Assembly (NCBI GenBank): GCA_003345545.1
Contig: PRDH01000070.1
Coordinates: 1 to 40,187, forward strand
Direction of reading: 5' to 3'
Source: Candidatus Thorarchaeota archaeon
GTDB taxonomy: Archaea > Asgardarchaeota > Thorarchaeia > Thorarchaeales > Thorarchaeaceae
Length of the DNA: 40,187 nt
Part shown: piece after piece, positions 1 to 10,490 of the stretch
Numbering within the stretch: position 1 is the first letter of the stretch
Layout of the letters: each line of letters begins with the position of its first letter
Position numbers and translations under genes: made by a program
The notes under the pieces: model-generated
The model's input: the letters and a program-made list of their open reading frames with translations, nothing else
Told to the model about the DNA's origin: nothing
Database searches by the model: none

Positions 1-255
1 ACTTTGGGTCATAGAATCCCATCTCCGAATCAGCTTTATCGGACATTGAGATTCCACGACCTAGCTCATTGAGTATGTCAGATAGGCAAGACGAATGTTG
101 AGCTCTCGTACAACACCTCAGTAAGTGCCAAGTAATAAGTTTTAAAAGCGAAGAGCTAGCACAGTTTTGTTAGCAGTACATGCCGAAGCGCTTGTACAGT
201 TTTAATATATGAATCATGAGCTATTTCGAAATAGGTCTTGAAATGGTGATAAAAA

Positions 256-1932
256 ATGGCACAGTTGTCTGGAACACCCGTCCTCATTCTTAGGGAGGGT
301 ACATCAAGAACGCGTGGCAAGTCCGCGCAGCAAAACAATATCATGGCCGGTATTGTCATCTCTGACGCTGTGAAGTCCACTCTGGGTCCCCGTGGCATGG
401 ACAAGATGCTCGTCGACAGTCTCGGGGATGTAACGATCACGAACGATGGGGCTTCAATTCTAAAAGAGATAGACGTGCAGCATCCAGCGGCCAAGATGCT
501 TGTAGAGGTAGCAAAGAGTCAGGATCAGGAGACTGGAGACGGTACAACAACATCAGTTGTCCTAGCTGGCGAGCTTCTCAAGAGAGCACAGGATTTGTTG
601 GACAAGAAGATTCATCCCACGGTAATGGTTGCAGGGTATCAGAAGGCCTCAGAGAAGGCGACCGCAATACTCAATGAAATCTCTGTCACCATGGAAGGCA
701 TGGACAGGAAGATCCTCACCAATATCGCAGCTACGGCAATGAACAGCAAGTCGATTGTGGGAGCAAGAGACCACTTCGCCAAGATTGCGGTGGACGCCAT
801 TCTTCAGATTATGGAAAAGACTGATGGCAAGACCAAGGCCGATATGGATATGATAGAGGTCATCAAGAAGCAAGGCAAGAGCCTCACGGAAACTGAACTC
901 GTTACGGGTATGGTTGTAGACAAGGAGATAGTACATGCAGCAATGCCTAAGAGAGTTGAAGGCGCGAGGATCGCATTGGTCAATGCTGCCATAGAGGTTG
1001 AGAAGACCGAGTTTGACGCGGAGATCAAGATTGACAGACCTGACCAGATTCAAGCGTTCCTCAATGAGGAGGAGCGCATGCTGAAGAGCATGGTCAACAA
1101 GGTCATTGAGTCAGGCGCCAATGTACTGATCTGTCAGAAAGGCATCGACGACGTTGCCCAACACTATCTAGCCAAGGCAGGAATCGTCGCTGTCCGAAGA
1201 GCAAAGAAGAGTACATTGGAGAAGCTTGCCAAAGCCACCGGTGCCCAGATTGCATCTAGCCTCGAAGAGCTAGATAAGAGCTACATTGGAGAAGCAGGCG
1301 TCGTCGAGGAAGTAAGGATCGGCGAGGATAAGCTTGTCTATGTTAAAGAATGCAAGCACCCCAAGGCAGTATCAATTGTCATCCGTGGCGGTACTGAGCA
1401 CGTCATTGATGAAGCAGAGAGAGCTCTGCACGATGCTCTCAGCGTGGTCAGAAACGTCGTAGAGGATGGCACCTACGTCGCAGGCGGTGGCGCAGCTGAA
1501 ACCGAAATAGCAAGGCGACTTGAGACCTATGCCAACAGTGTTGGCGGTCGTGAGCAGTTAGCCATTGAAGCCTTTGCAGAGTCACTTCGCGTTGTTCCTA
1601 AGACCCTTGCAGAAAATGGAGGCCATGATCCTATCGATATTATGGCTGACCTCAACAAGGAGCATGCAAAGGAAAGCGGTATCTGGTTCGGTGTCAATGT
1701 GTTCGAGGGCAAAGCTGCAGACATGATGAAGGGCGGCATTATCGAACCAACACGTGTCAAGAGTCAGGCAATCCGCGCAGCGGCTGAAGCAGCCCAGATG
1801 ATACTCAGGATTGATGATGTGATTGCTGCCAAGGCATCATCTGGTCCTCCGGCTGGCGCTGGTGGTCCTGGTGGTCCTGGTGGCGGCATGGGTGGAATGG
1901 GCGGTATGGGCGGCATGCCCGGAATGATGTGA
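256..1932 (+). CDS. ths: Thermosome subunit (group II chaperonin)
   Basis: Motifs [35 protein letters not shown] and ILRIDDVI; C-terminal GGM repeats; GGTGA SD-like site upstream of the ATG. Confidence 0.98.
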   Translation: MAQLSGTPVLILREGTSRTRGKSAQQNNIMAGIVISDAVKSTLGPRGMDKMLVDSLGDVTITNDGASILKEIDVQHPAAKMLVEVAKSQDQETGDGTTTSVVLAGELLKRAQDLLDKKIHPTVMVAGYQKASEKATAILNEISVTMEGMDRKILTNIAATAMNSKSIVGARDHFAKIAVDAILQIMEKTDGKTKADMDMIEVIKKQGKSLTETELVTGMVVDKEIVHAAMPKRVEGARIALVNAAIEVEKTEFDAEIKIDRPDQIQAFLNEEERMLKSMVNKVIESGANVLICQKGIDDVAQHYLAKAGIVAVRRAKKSTLEKLAKATGAQIASSLEELDKSYIGEAGVVEEVRIGEDKLVYVKECKHPKAVSIVIRGGTEHVIDEAERALHDALSVVRNVVEDGTYVAGGGAAETEIARRLETYANSVGGREQLAIEAFAESLRVVPKTLAENGGHDPIDIMADLNKEHAKESGIWFGVNVFEGKAADMMKGGIIEPTRVKSQAIRAAAEAAQMILRIDDVIAAKASSGPPAGAGGPGGPGGGMGGMGGMGGMPGMM

Positions 1933-1950
1933 GAAACATATAGAAAAGTC

Positions 1951-1986
1951 GGAGCCGCAAGGCTCCTTTCTCTTTCTTCTTTTTTC
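1951..1986 (+). terminator. Hairpin plus pyrimidine/T tract after the thermosome gene
   Basis: GGAGCC-GCAA-GGCTCC (6-bp stem, GNRA loop) followed by TTTCTCTTTCTTCTTTTTTC. Confidence 0.7.
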
Positions 1987-1999
1987 GAGGTCACTGGCG

Positions 2000-2848
2000 G
2001 TGTCAAGAGTCCTGATAATCGGTGCAAACAGCTTTGACTCAGGGAAGACACAACTTGCCATTAATGTTGGACTGGCACTCATCGAATCAGGCCTTTCAGT
2101 TGGTTACTTCAAGCCAATCAGTGGTCATAATTACTGGCACCATTATGAGCACACAAAATGGTGCATGGAAAAGGGCCAGCTTGTTTCTAAGGATGCAACT
2201 GCTGTCAAAAACGCCCTTGGCATCAAATCTGATTTACTTCTAATGAACCCGATTCACAGCATGTTCGTTCCTGCAAGAATCAGAAGACCATTACAGAATC
2301 TACCAAACAGCTTGGCGCTATCGGGCGCCACCTCTGTCCTCGTGATGCAGAGATTCAGTGAACCAACAAAAAGGGGAGTAGATACAACCATGCTGATAGC
2401 TGATGAGCTCGTGGATAGCCAGCAGCTAATAATAGGGCCGGATGAGATAGGAAGGCTGTCACATGGCGCGGCTATTCTGAAGGCAAATAGCCTCGAAGCC
2501 TTTCAGGAATATGAGCGCCTCCACTACGAAACATCAGTCACTGGGTCTTTCGGAAGCATTGAGAAGGAAACGGACCTGGTCATTATCGAGTCATTCAACG
2601 ACTCAGCATGGCCGTGGGAAAGATTGGAGTCTGTTGACAATGTCTTGGTGGTCAGCCCGGGGCATATATTCGGGTATGACCATGAACGATTCAGGAGAGC
2701 TGCCTTTCTCATGAAGAGAGGAAACCTCCCTATCAGAGAGGTCACCTTTGGAAGAATGTCAGACCTTCTAAAACCGACAGCCGCAATCATCATGGAGCCA
2801 AATACTAATTTTACATCTGACCAATTGAAGGAACTTGGCATCGGGTGA
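2000..2848 (+). CDS. Predicted P-loop NTPase (archaeal, BioD/CobQ-like fold, COG4028-like)
   Basis: N-terminal LIIG..DSGKT, FKPISGHNYW and a Walker B-like VIIESFND; GTG start. Confidence 0.7.
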   Translation: MSRVLIIGANSFDSGKTQLAINVGLALIESGLSVGYFKPISGHNYWHHYEHTKWCMEKGQLVSKDATAVKNALGIKSDLLLMNPIHSMFVPARIRRPLQNLPNSLALSGATSVLVMQRFSEPTKRGVDTTMLIADELVDSQQLIIGPDEIGRLSHGAAILKANSLEAFQEYERLHYETSVTGSFGSIEKETDLVIIESFNDSAWPWERLESVDNVLVVSPGHIFGYDHERFRRAAFLMKRGNLPIREVTFGRMSDLLKPTAAIIMEPNTNFTSDQLKELGIG

Positions 2849-2925
2849 CGCGCGGGAAAAGATGATTAGGCGCGTTGATGTCGAAATTGTAGCACAATAG
2901 GGACCGACATAGCGGAGACAATAGA

Positions 2926-3879
2926 TTGACCGAGGACTTGGACTGGGAGCTGATAATCATAGGAGGCGGACCAGCAGGGATGACTGCAGCGATCTACGGG
3001 GCACGCTACGGATTGAAGGCGCTCCTCCTCGAGTCCAAGGTTCTAGGAGGAGCCCAAGCTACAAGTCCCGGTATTGAAAACTATCCGGGGTATACCTTCA
3101 TTGTTGGCATAGAGCTCGCAACCAAAATGAAGGAGCAAGTAAGAAAGTCAGGAGCAGCGATTAGAGAGATCACTGATGTGCGAAGCATTGTCAGAGAGAG
3201 TGACGATGGCGATTTCCTCCTCGACACGCGACGTGGCGTCTATCGGGCAAAAGCCATAGTTGTCGCCACAGGTGGAGAGCACAATCAACTGGGTGTGCCT
3301 GGGGAGGAGAGGCTTACAGGGCGTGGTGTTTCTTTCTGTGCAACCTGTGATGGGCCATTGTTCAGAGACAAGATAGTAGCCGTTATTGGGGGCGGGGATA
3401 CTGCGGTGACAGAAGCGCTCTATCTCGCAGAGATCACCAAGAAGGTCTACTTGGTCCACCGCCGAGATGAACTGCGAGCAGAGAAGGCAGTTCAGGACTA
3501 CCTGTTCAAGTCCAATGTGGAAATACTCTGGAGTTCTGTGGTGAAGGAGATCAAGGGAGACGATCTTGTAAACGAAGTCATTCTGGAGAACGCAAAGACC
3601 GGAGAAACTAGCTCCTTGATGGTTGATGCTGTGTTCGTTGCTCTAGGTTCAAGGCCAGAGAGTGGACTAGCAAAAAGCATCGGGGTAGAAACCAATGACC
3701 GTGGCGAGATACTTGTGAATGCCAAACAGGCAACAAACATAGCAGGAGTCTTTGCTGCAGGCGATGTTGTAGAGTCCATGAAACAGATAGCAGTTGCAGT
3801 GGGGCACGGGGCAATAGCGGCCGATTCTGCATATGCCTATATTAGAAGGACCCAGAGGGGACCAATAGGCTATGCGTAG
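2926..3879 (+). CDS. trxB: Thioredoxin-disulfide reductase
   Basis: GGGPAG FAD motif, ENYPG, GVSFCATCDG redox CxxC, GGGDTA, HRRDELRA NADPH motif, GVFAAGD; TTG start. Confidence 0.95.
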   Translation: MTEDLDWELIIIGGGPAGMTAAIYGARYGLKALLLESKVLGGAQATSPGIENYPGYTFIVGIELATKMKEQVRKSGAAIREITDVRSIVRESDDGDFLLDTRRGVYRAKAIVVATGGEHNQLGVPGEERLTGRGVSFCATCDGPLFRDKIVAVIGGGDTAVTEALYLAEITKKVYLVHRRDELRAEKAVQDYLFKSNVEILWSSVVKEIKGDDLVNEVILENAKTGETSSLMVDAVFVALGSRPESGLAKSIGVETNDRGEILVNAKQATNIAGVFAAGDVVESMKQIAVAVGHGAIAADSAYAYIRRTQRGPIGYA

Positions 3880-4055
3880 CTCTGCGCCTCTGAAATCCAG
3901 CTAGATGACTAGTATGATATCCTTGTGAGACTTGATGATTGAGCTCCATAGTACGACTCTTGAGGATGGAAATGTTAATAACACCGCCGTGAGGCCGATT
4001 GGCAACACGCTGAGCCAACCTTCTCGGCGTCAAGAACGCAGACCGGGATGTCTCT

Positions 4056-5258
4056 ATGAAAAAGGTAAAGGTAATCACCATTACATTTGCGCTTCTACTG
4101 GTGCTGATAGCAGCCTCTGCACAGCCTGTTGCTGCCGCAAGTAGATATGACACTCTAAACTCCTATATTAGCGGGAGATACGATGCTGAAAAAGGCGGCT
4201 ACAGCCCTCCAAGTGATGGTGTTGTTCGTGTTGATGCTACCTATGGTGCAATCTTGGCACTAGATGAACTAGGGAGCTTGGACAGTCGACCGCCGCCCGT
4301 CAACCTGACGAAGGCTCTCGACTCTCTAATAGATCGCCAATGGACATCAAACAGAGCAGATAGTGAACTGGATCGTGAGAGATACGGTGGATTCAGTGAA
4401 TACCTTCTTGGCCCGGTGACTGTGGAGATGACATACATGGGCATGATACTTCATCAGAAACTGAAGGCTCAATCAGACTACCCGGGTATCAATGCAATTG
4501 ACATCAATACTACTTCGCTTCTCATCTATGTCAACAGAACTCAGTCAGCCAATGGCGGCTTCTCCAGCAAACCAAACATAACTACCGATATCGTTTCAAC
4601 TTATCAGGCACTGGCTATACTCGACTTGCTAGATGAATACAACTCATCATTGAATGCATGGGATTGGTTGGTTAATGAAACAGCAACCATTGCATGGATT
4701 GATGAGTGTCGTCAGGGCGATGCCTTCAAGCTCAGCCCTGAATCGTATACATCTAGCTTGACCGCAACTGCAGCCGGAATCATGGCACTTAACTACTTTC
4801 AAAATGTCCTATCAATCCCTGGCCTTCAGGCAGCAAATAGCTGGATTCTAGAACGGCAGATGCTGGAAGCAGATAGTCCTGATTTCACTGGCGGCTTCGA
4901 AGAGGGAAATGGTACTGCAGATGCCAACCTCGTAAGCACCTACTATGCTCTCAAAGCATTGGAGCTGACAGGTGCCTTCGCATCAGTGAACGAATCTGCA
5001 GTATCGGACTTTATCCTCAACTGCCAAGCAGTCGACGGTTCGTGGGGTTACGTCCCAGGCGAAGAAGTAGGTTCATTGGTGTATGCGGGACAGGCATGCG
5101 AACTCCTGAACATAGTTGGCGATGCGGATAATATTCTTGCGTCATCACAAGATCCAAACGTTCCAAGTGGTTTCATTCTGGACTGGAGGTTCTTTGTCGT
5201 TGGAGGCATTATTGTGGTGGCGCTGGTGCTTGCTGTTGTGAGTCTCAGGTGGGACTGA
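4056..5258 (+). CDS. Secreted, C-terminally membrane-anchored prenyltransferase/squalene-oxidase-repeat (alpha/alpha barrel) protein
   Basis: Signal peptide MKKVKVITITFALLLVLIAASAQPVAA; repeated Q..xGGF/GSW motifs followed by TYxA helices; C-terminal TM helix. Confidence 0.75.
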   Translation: MKKVKVITITFALLLVLIAASAQPVAAASRYDTLNSYISGRYDAEKGGYSPPSDGVVRVDATYGAILALDELGSLDSRPPPVNLTKALDSLIDRQWTSNRADSELDRERYGGFSEYLLGPVTVEMTYMGMILHQKLKAQSDYPGINAIDINTTSLLIYVNRTQSANGGFSSKPNITTDIVSTYQALAILDLLDEYNSSLNAWDWLVNETATIAWIDECRQGDAFKLSPESYTSSLTATAAGIMALNYFQNVLSIPGLQAANSWILERQMLEADSPDFTGGFEEGNGTADANLVSTYYALKALELTGAFASVNESAVSDFILNCQAVDGSWGYVPGEEVGSLVYAGQACELLNIVGDADNILASSQDPNVPSGFILDWRFFVVGGIIVVALVLAVVSLRWD

Positions 5259-5335
5259 GAGAGACAAATCTTTATCTCTCCTCCATGGCAATCGAGTTTC
5301 AGAGCCATCATAGGCCCATATACTTGGTGTAATCT

Positions 5336-6916
5336 ATGGCACATTCCGAACCTTATGAGGAGTCAATTCCAAGATACAAACGTGGGTATGAGTGGTTCTC
5401 CCACCTTGCCAACAGTAGTTTGTTAAAGAAGAGTTGGAGACGTCTTGGCCTCTTCTCCTTCTACGATGAACCATATGCAGAGAGCAGTCTCCTTTACCTC
5501 TCGCCCAAGCAAGTCATGCTCACTATGGCAAGAATAGCCAAGAAGAAGGAGTCAGGTCTGCTTTTTGTTGTTGACGCCATGGAGAAGGCGGAGATGGGCC
5601 TGAGTACGAAACAGGGTTTCGATCAGTTCATGGAGCTCTTTCAAGGCCTATTCCCAGAGTCTCGAAAGTATTACTTCGGTCCCAAGGAATCAGATAGAGA
5701 ATGGCTGCATGTCTACACACCTCTGAAAATACCCCTGCAATGGCTGATTAAGCGACCCAATGCCTTCGCAGAAGTCCTGTCGGATGCATCTCTTGTGGGA
5801 GAAGAAGTGGCACCAGCTGACGCAGCATTCGAGGATTTCGCAGGAATGATTGAAGTCCTAGAAGAGAAACTGGGACCACCCTCCCTCACTGATGAGGTCA
5901 TGGGAAAGATACGTGACGCGGAGGCCAGTAGCTATGCCGGAGAGGCGGTTGGCCTCATGACCGTCTTTGTAAGTCCAACAACTGCTGTCACACGTGGCGT
6001 GAAGTATCTTGGAAAGTTCATGTCTCTTGTTAAGGACAGAAGAAAACAAGAGATGAGGGATGTTTATCAAGAATGGACTGAGCGGGTAAAAAGAGGTTAT
6101 TCTGAGGAGAAACTCAGGAAGTTCTTTGATGACTCTCCAGACTATAGCTCCGGAGTCATTGAAGCGATTGCCTCTTTCGAGCCAGTCCTCCTGATACTTG
6201 AAACGAGGGGCACTCTCTATGATTTGTTCCTACCGTTGGTTCTGAAGCAGCTCGTTGAAGAGATTGGGTATGTTCCCCCTCAGAGGCGCCCTAAGAAAAA
6301 AGACGAGAAGAAGAAGGACAAATCAAAAAGCGATGATGTCAGTAACGGCCAGCTCATATATGAATCGGTGGATGGAATAGCAGCGGAAGACCTTCCTCCA
6401 GTGACTGACCAGCTCGTCCAGACTGTAATTGATCACGAAGAAGAGCTTGCTCGAGTCAACATTGAGATGTCTGACGTTGAATTCGAGGGCAAACCTGAAA
6501 CCATCCTCTTCTTGGACGCAGCCACGCACCTATCGAAGTTTAGCAGGTCCTTCAAGTTCGCACTGAACATTCCAGAAAAGTATCCAAATATGTCAGTCGC
6601 CGCATCCTTCTTCACTGACAGAGAAAAGATCAGCTCCACGCTTCAAGATGGTGTCATGGACTACATGAAAGAGAGAGCTCTGATTTTCGACCTTCATCCA
6701 GCACTCTTTGATCTAGCCACCGCAAGAATGCCCGTATCAAGAAAGGCATGGCTGAACGGCAAGCTCCAGGAGATGGAGAGGATTAGGTCAGAAGGCGAGG
6801 TGGCGTTTCTGGAGTATGTCGGCGATGCGAAGACTAAGTGGAACTTGCGAGTCGTAGAAAAACCAGAGAGAGAAGCCCTAGCACGAATTCGTAGGTGGTT
6901 CGGTGGAGCACGATAG
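5336..6916 (+). CDS. Hypothetical protein, possibly a degenerate P-loop ATPase (HerA/VirB4-like C-terminus)
   Basis: 526-aa ORF in gene-dense orientation; Walker B-like TILFLDAATHL; no Walker A seen. Confidence 0.7.
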   Translation: MAHSEPYEESIPRYKRGYEWFSHLANSSLLKKSWRRLGLFSFYDEPYAESSLLYLSPKQVMLTMARIAKKKESGLLFVVDAMEKAEMGLSTKQGFDQFMELFQGLFPESRKYYFGPKESDREWLHVYTPLKIPLQWLIKRPNAFAEVLSDASLVGEEVAPADAAFEDFAGMIEVLEEKLGPPSLTDEVMGKIRDAEASSYAGEAVGLMTVFVSPTTAVTRGVKYLGKFMSLVKDRRKQEMRDVYQEWTERVKRGYSEEKLRKFFDDSPDYSSGVIEAIASFEPVLLILETRGTLYDLFLPLVLKQLVEEIGYVPPQRRPKKKDEKKKDKSKSDDVSNGQLIYESVDGIAAEDLPPVTDQLVQTVIDHEEELARVNIEMSDVEFEGKPETILFLDAATHLSKFSRSFKFALNIPEKYPNMSVAASFFTDREKISSTLQDGVMDYMKERALIFDLHPALFDLATARMPVSRKAWLNGKLQEMERIRSEGEVAFLEYVGDAKTKWNLRVVEKPEREALARIRRWFGGAR

Positions 6917-6965
6917 ATTACGGCTTCTCCCACAAGAGATATAATCAGTATAGCAGCATGACTTC

Positions 6966-7406
6966 ATGACTGTCCGGAGGCAGATGCATTTGAGTAAGGG
7001 TGATATGACTCAGGCAAGAGTTCTGAAAATCGTGAAGGGTAATACAATCACACTTCCTGCAGAATTCGTGGAGAGAATAGGACAATCATATGGCTTGACC
7101 ATTCTTGTTTTAAAAGATGGCAATGTAAAAATGTATCCAGTCGATAGTGACAAGGTAATGTATCTCAGGCTAGTAATCGATAAGTTGAGCAAGAGCTTCC
7201 TTGAAGAACTCACGATGGTATTCATGGAGGTAGGACTCGAGGATATTCTCTTCACAAGCGGAATCTGCCAAGCCGCTGACCAGTGCTTCTATGAATGCTA
7301 TTTCACACCCAAACAACTGAATGTGGAAATAAGTGTGCTTGATAAACGTCTAAAGACGATTACTGGCGTCAAGCAGGTTGAACTGGAGAAAGTTGCAACA
7401 AGCTAA
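6966..7406 (+). CDS. Hypothetical regulator: AbrB-like N-terminus plus ACT-like C-terminus
   Basis: KIVKGNTITLPAEFVERIG resembles an AbrB swapped hairpin; C-terminal LKTITGVKQVEL resembles an ACT domain. Confidence 0.55.
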   Translation: MTVRRQMHLSKGDMTQARVLKIVKGNTITLPAEFVERIGQSYGLTILVLKDGNVKMYPVDSDKVMYLRLVIDKLSKSFLEELTMVFMEVGLEDILFTSGICQAADQCFYECYFTPKQLNVEISVLDKRLKTITGVKQVELEKVATS

Positions 7407-7477
7407 GGCCGCTTGGTCTGCTCACACAGTTCGGGATATCTCATGCCTCATGAATAATGAGAGGACTATTGGTCTAT

Positions 7478-8959
7478 ATGTCAGGTATTGCGGGCATCGT
7501 CCTAATTGAGCCGCTCAGTGATGCTGAATCTGCCATCTGTCGCATGTCAAAAGCACTCCAACATCGAGGGAATGAGTTACTTCATCGGACCCTTTATGGG
7601 AAGAACTCATCTAGCAGGGCACTCATCTCAGTGCGAGCATATGAGCAGAATGCAGCATTGATTGACTCAACGCAAGATCATCTGCTAGTTGTTGACTCAT
7701 TTCCTCTCTTTGATGAGCGAGAGGGCAGAGACCCTTTTCAAAACCCCGATGTCTTCAATACTATCTCATTACGTATTGATGCAAGCGGACTTCGGATACG
7801 CAGGTCACTTGATGGGACTCGTGGGCTCTACTATGTTCGCCTGGACCATGGTATTGCTTTTGCTTCTGAAAAGAAATGCATCTGGGCAATAGCTCAAGAA
7901 AAGAGCGGAATATTGGACCCTGGGGATGTATTGTCGTTTACATGGGAAGGAAGACTCGACATCACGCATTTGAGAGGACTTCAGATGCCAGCGATCGACA
8001 GAGCCGTCGAGCGATTCACAGCAATTGAAGAGTTGCAGAAGACACTCAATGCATCCTTCAGGAATCTGAAGAGAGCAAACAAGTGCGCAGTACTCTTCTC
8101 GGGGGGAGTTGACAGTGCACTTGCAGCCTTACTGACAAAGATGAATTGCAGAGATACACTTCTTGTAACGGCAGCATGCAAAGGCTCTCACGACGAAGAA
8201 GCAGCGGTCAAATCAGCTGAATTGATGGCGACCAAGAGCATAGTAGTTGAAGTCGATGCAGCCTCCTTGTGGGAAGCACTCCCCGAGGTTATTCATTCAA
8301 TAGAAACAAGCAATCGGATGCAAGTGGAAATCGCCTTGCCACTCTTCTTTGCAGCACGAGAAGCAAAGAGGAGAGGATACAACATGATGGTTTCCGGCCA
8401 GGGACCCGACGAGCTCTTCGCAGGATATGAGCGACATGAAATCCTAATGAAAAAAGAGGGCGACAGCGCTGTCGAAAGGACGCTCTGGAATGAGGTCTCA
8501 ATAACCCATGAAACAAACATACAGAGGGATGCCCGTGCAATTGCAGCAGCCGGAGTTGATGTCTTCTTTCCGTATTTGTATCCTCCCTTTGTCAGAACTG
8601 CCATGTCATTACCTGCTTCGCTCAAGGTGAATCCCTTAGTTACTCCTTCGCGAAAGATAATCTTCAGGGAACTAGCAGAGAACCTGGGGCTTCCACATGA
8701 CATTGCTGTGAAACGAAAACGAGCAGCGCAATTCAGTTCTGGAGCCGCGAAGCTTCTCTCGACATCGATCATTCAGCGGCTCGAAGCATCGGTGAAACTC
8801 AACAAAAGGGAAGCTTCGAATGTGGTCCAGAGAGTGCTTGACACAATCGCAATGCGTCTTGGAATACCTAATGTCACCAATAAGAGCGATTTAGAAGTAG
8901 ACCTAGAGCCGACACGACGCCTGCAACAGCGGCTGGGAATATCAACCGCCCCCGATTAG
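7478..8959 (+). CDS. Asparagine synthetase B-like protein (Ntn domain plus PP-loop synthetase)
   Basis: MSGIAG N-terminus (start placed at ATG 7478 rather than 7457), QHRG, DGTRGLYY, FASEKK, LFSGGVDS, SGQGPDELFAGY. Confidence 0.85.
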   Translation: MSGIAGIVLIEPLSDAESAICRMSKALQHRGNELLHRTLYGKNSSSRALISVRAYEQNAALIDSTQDHLLVVDSFPLFDEREGRDPFQNPDVFNTISLRIDASGLRIRRSLDGTRGLYYVRLDHGIAFASEKKCIWAIAQEKSGILDPGDVLSFTWEGRLDITHLRGLQMPAIDRAVERFTAIEELQKTLNASFRNLKRANKCAVLFSGGVDSALAALLTKMNCRDTLLVTAACKGSHDEEAAVKSAELMATKSIVVEVDAASLWEALPEVIHSIETSNRMQVEIALPLFFAAREAKRRGYNMMVSGQGPDELFAGYERHEILMKKEGDSAVERTLWNEVSITHETNIQRDARAIAAAGVDVFFPYLYPPFVRTAMSLPASLKVNPLVTPSRKIIFRELAENLGLPHDIAVKRKRAAQFSSGAAKLLSTSIIQRLEASVKLNKREASNVVQRVLDTIAMRLGIPNVTNKSDLEVDLEPTRRLQQRLGISTAPD

Positions 8960-9140
8960 CGGGAGAATTGCACATTGTCATTCTCCCGAAGCTCAAATGT
9001 AAGCGGAACACCTTTTCCATCTATGAGGACAACGTGATTGGTAGAGAAACCGAGTGCCAAAAGCAATCCTGCCACTGCTTTTGATGCAGTGACTGTAATC
9101 CTGCAGATGCTCTTCTCATTTTAGAATTTCCGACATTCAT
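8942..9140 (-). pseudogene. Frameshifted ThiS/MoaD/SAMP-type ubiquitin-like small protein
   Basis: Minus strand reads EKSICRITVTASKAVAGLLLALGFSTNHVVLIDGKGVPLTFELRENDNV, then after a 1-nt shift ILPLIGGG-stop (TGA at 8944-8942). The ATG at 9140 is out of frame with this core; total length about 66 codons. Confidence 0.75.
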
Positions 9141-9434
9141 GACACCAAGAATTGCCAGACTCTTGTCGCTATAGGCTTACTTCATACAGCATTCATCGAC
9201 GCTTTTCGAACTCCGTATCTGCAACAGTCGTTGTTCATTCGTTAGTGATATATAGGAGGAACTTGAATTGATGTGTCGGCAACGTCCGAAAGTCACAAAA
9301 GATAATCGGTGATAGCCGTTTCCTTAGTGTGCGTAATAACACAACGTTCATAAGAACGCGGCAAACCGACCGTTAAATCAGCTACGCAACGCAATTCGAC
9401 GTTCACCGATTTGTTATGCATGGAGAGAATTGCA

Positions 9435-10478
9435 ATGGTTGGCATTGTTGGTTATGGAGTCTATGTCCCACGGTACCGCATAAAGACCTCAGATATTGCT
9501 GAAGTGTGGGGTGAGGACGGGTCAAAGATTGGTCAGAATCTAGGAGTGTTTGAGAAATCGCTTCCCGGTCCTGATGAGGATGTGGCTACCATTTCAGTGG
9601 AGGCTGCGCGCAATGCAATCAAGATGGCAGGAATCAATCCGGTCGATATAGGGGCAGTCTACATAGGTTCTGAGTCTCACCCGTATGCAGTGAAGCCTAC
9701 AGGCACAATTGTTTCTGAAGCCATTGGTTGTTCGCATAATATAACGTGTGCAGATTTCGAGTTTGCCTGCAAGGCAGGAACTGCTGCATTGCAGGCTGCC
9801 ATGGGACTTGTTTCTTCTAAGATGATCAAGATAGGGCTTGCCATTGGAGCGGATACTGCGCAGGGAAGGCCGGGTGATGCACTCGAATATTCTGCCGCAG
9901 CGGGTGGCGCAGCCTATCTGATTGGTTCCAAGAAGCCTCTTGCCACAATAGAGGACACAGTTTCTTTCACAAGTGACACCCCCGACTTCTGGAGACGTGA
10001 AGGTGAGGACTATCCGAGCCATGGTGCAAGATTCACTGGTGAACCAGCCTATTTCCGGCACGTTGGTGAAGGTGCAGCGTTGTTGTTCAAGAAGACAAAG
10101 ACAACTGTCGATGATTATGACTACTTCGTATTTCATATGCCCAACGGCAAGTTCCCAATAGCTATGGGCAAGCAAATTGGTGTCCCCAAGGAAAAGCTGG
10201 AGGACAGCCTTGTTGTCCGACAAATTGGAAATACATACTCAGGCTCGGCAATGATCGGGCTGGCAAGAGTATTGGATATCGCGAAACCAGGTTCCAAGAT
10301 ATTCATGGTGGCATACGGCTCAGGAGCAGGAAGTGATGCCTTTTCCATCACGGTGGAAGATGCTATTGAGGAATGCCGCGGAGAAGTTCCCACGGTTGAT
10401 GACTACATCAAACGAAAGACGTACGTAGACTACGCAACTTATGCAAAGTATAGACGAAAAATTAAGGCACTTGCGTGA
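9435..10478 (+). CDS. mvaS: Hydroxymethylglutaryl-CoA synthase (archaeal type)
   Basis: MVGIVGYG start, [17 protein letters not shown], catalytic [32 protein letters not shown]. Confidence 0.95.
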   Translation: MVGIVGYGVYVPRYRIKTSDIAEVWGEDGSKIGQNLGVFEKSLPGPDEDVATISVEAARNAIKMAGINPVDIGAVYIGSESHPYAVKPTGTIVSEAIGCSHNITCADFEFACKAGTAALQAAMGLVSSKMIKIGLAIGADTAQGRPGDALEYSAAAGGAAYLIGSKKPLATIEDTVSFTSDTPDFWRREGEDYPSHGARFTGEPAYFRHVGEGAALLFKKTKTTVDDYDYFVFHMPNGKFPIAMGKQIGVPKEKLEDSLVVRQIGNTYSGSAMIGLARVLDIAKPGSKIFMVAYGSGAGSDAFSITVEDAIEECRGEVPTVDDYIKRKTYVDYATYAKYRRKIKALA

Positions 10479-10490
10479 GGAGGTTTCACA

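Noticed and set aside
1842-1929. Short tandem repeats at the thermosome 3' end
   Set aside because: They are explained by the normal GGP/GGM-coding tail and are not a CRISPR or repeat element.
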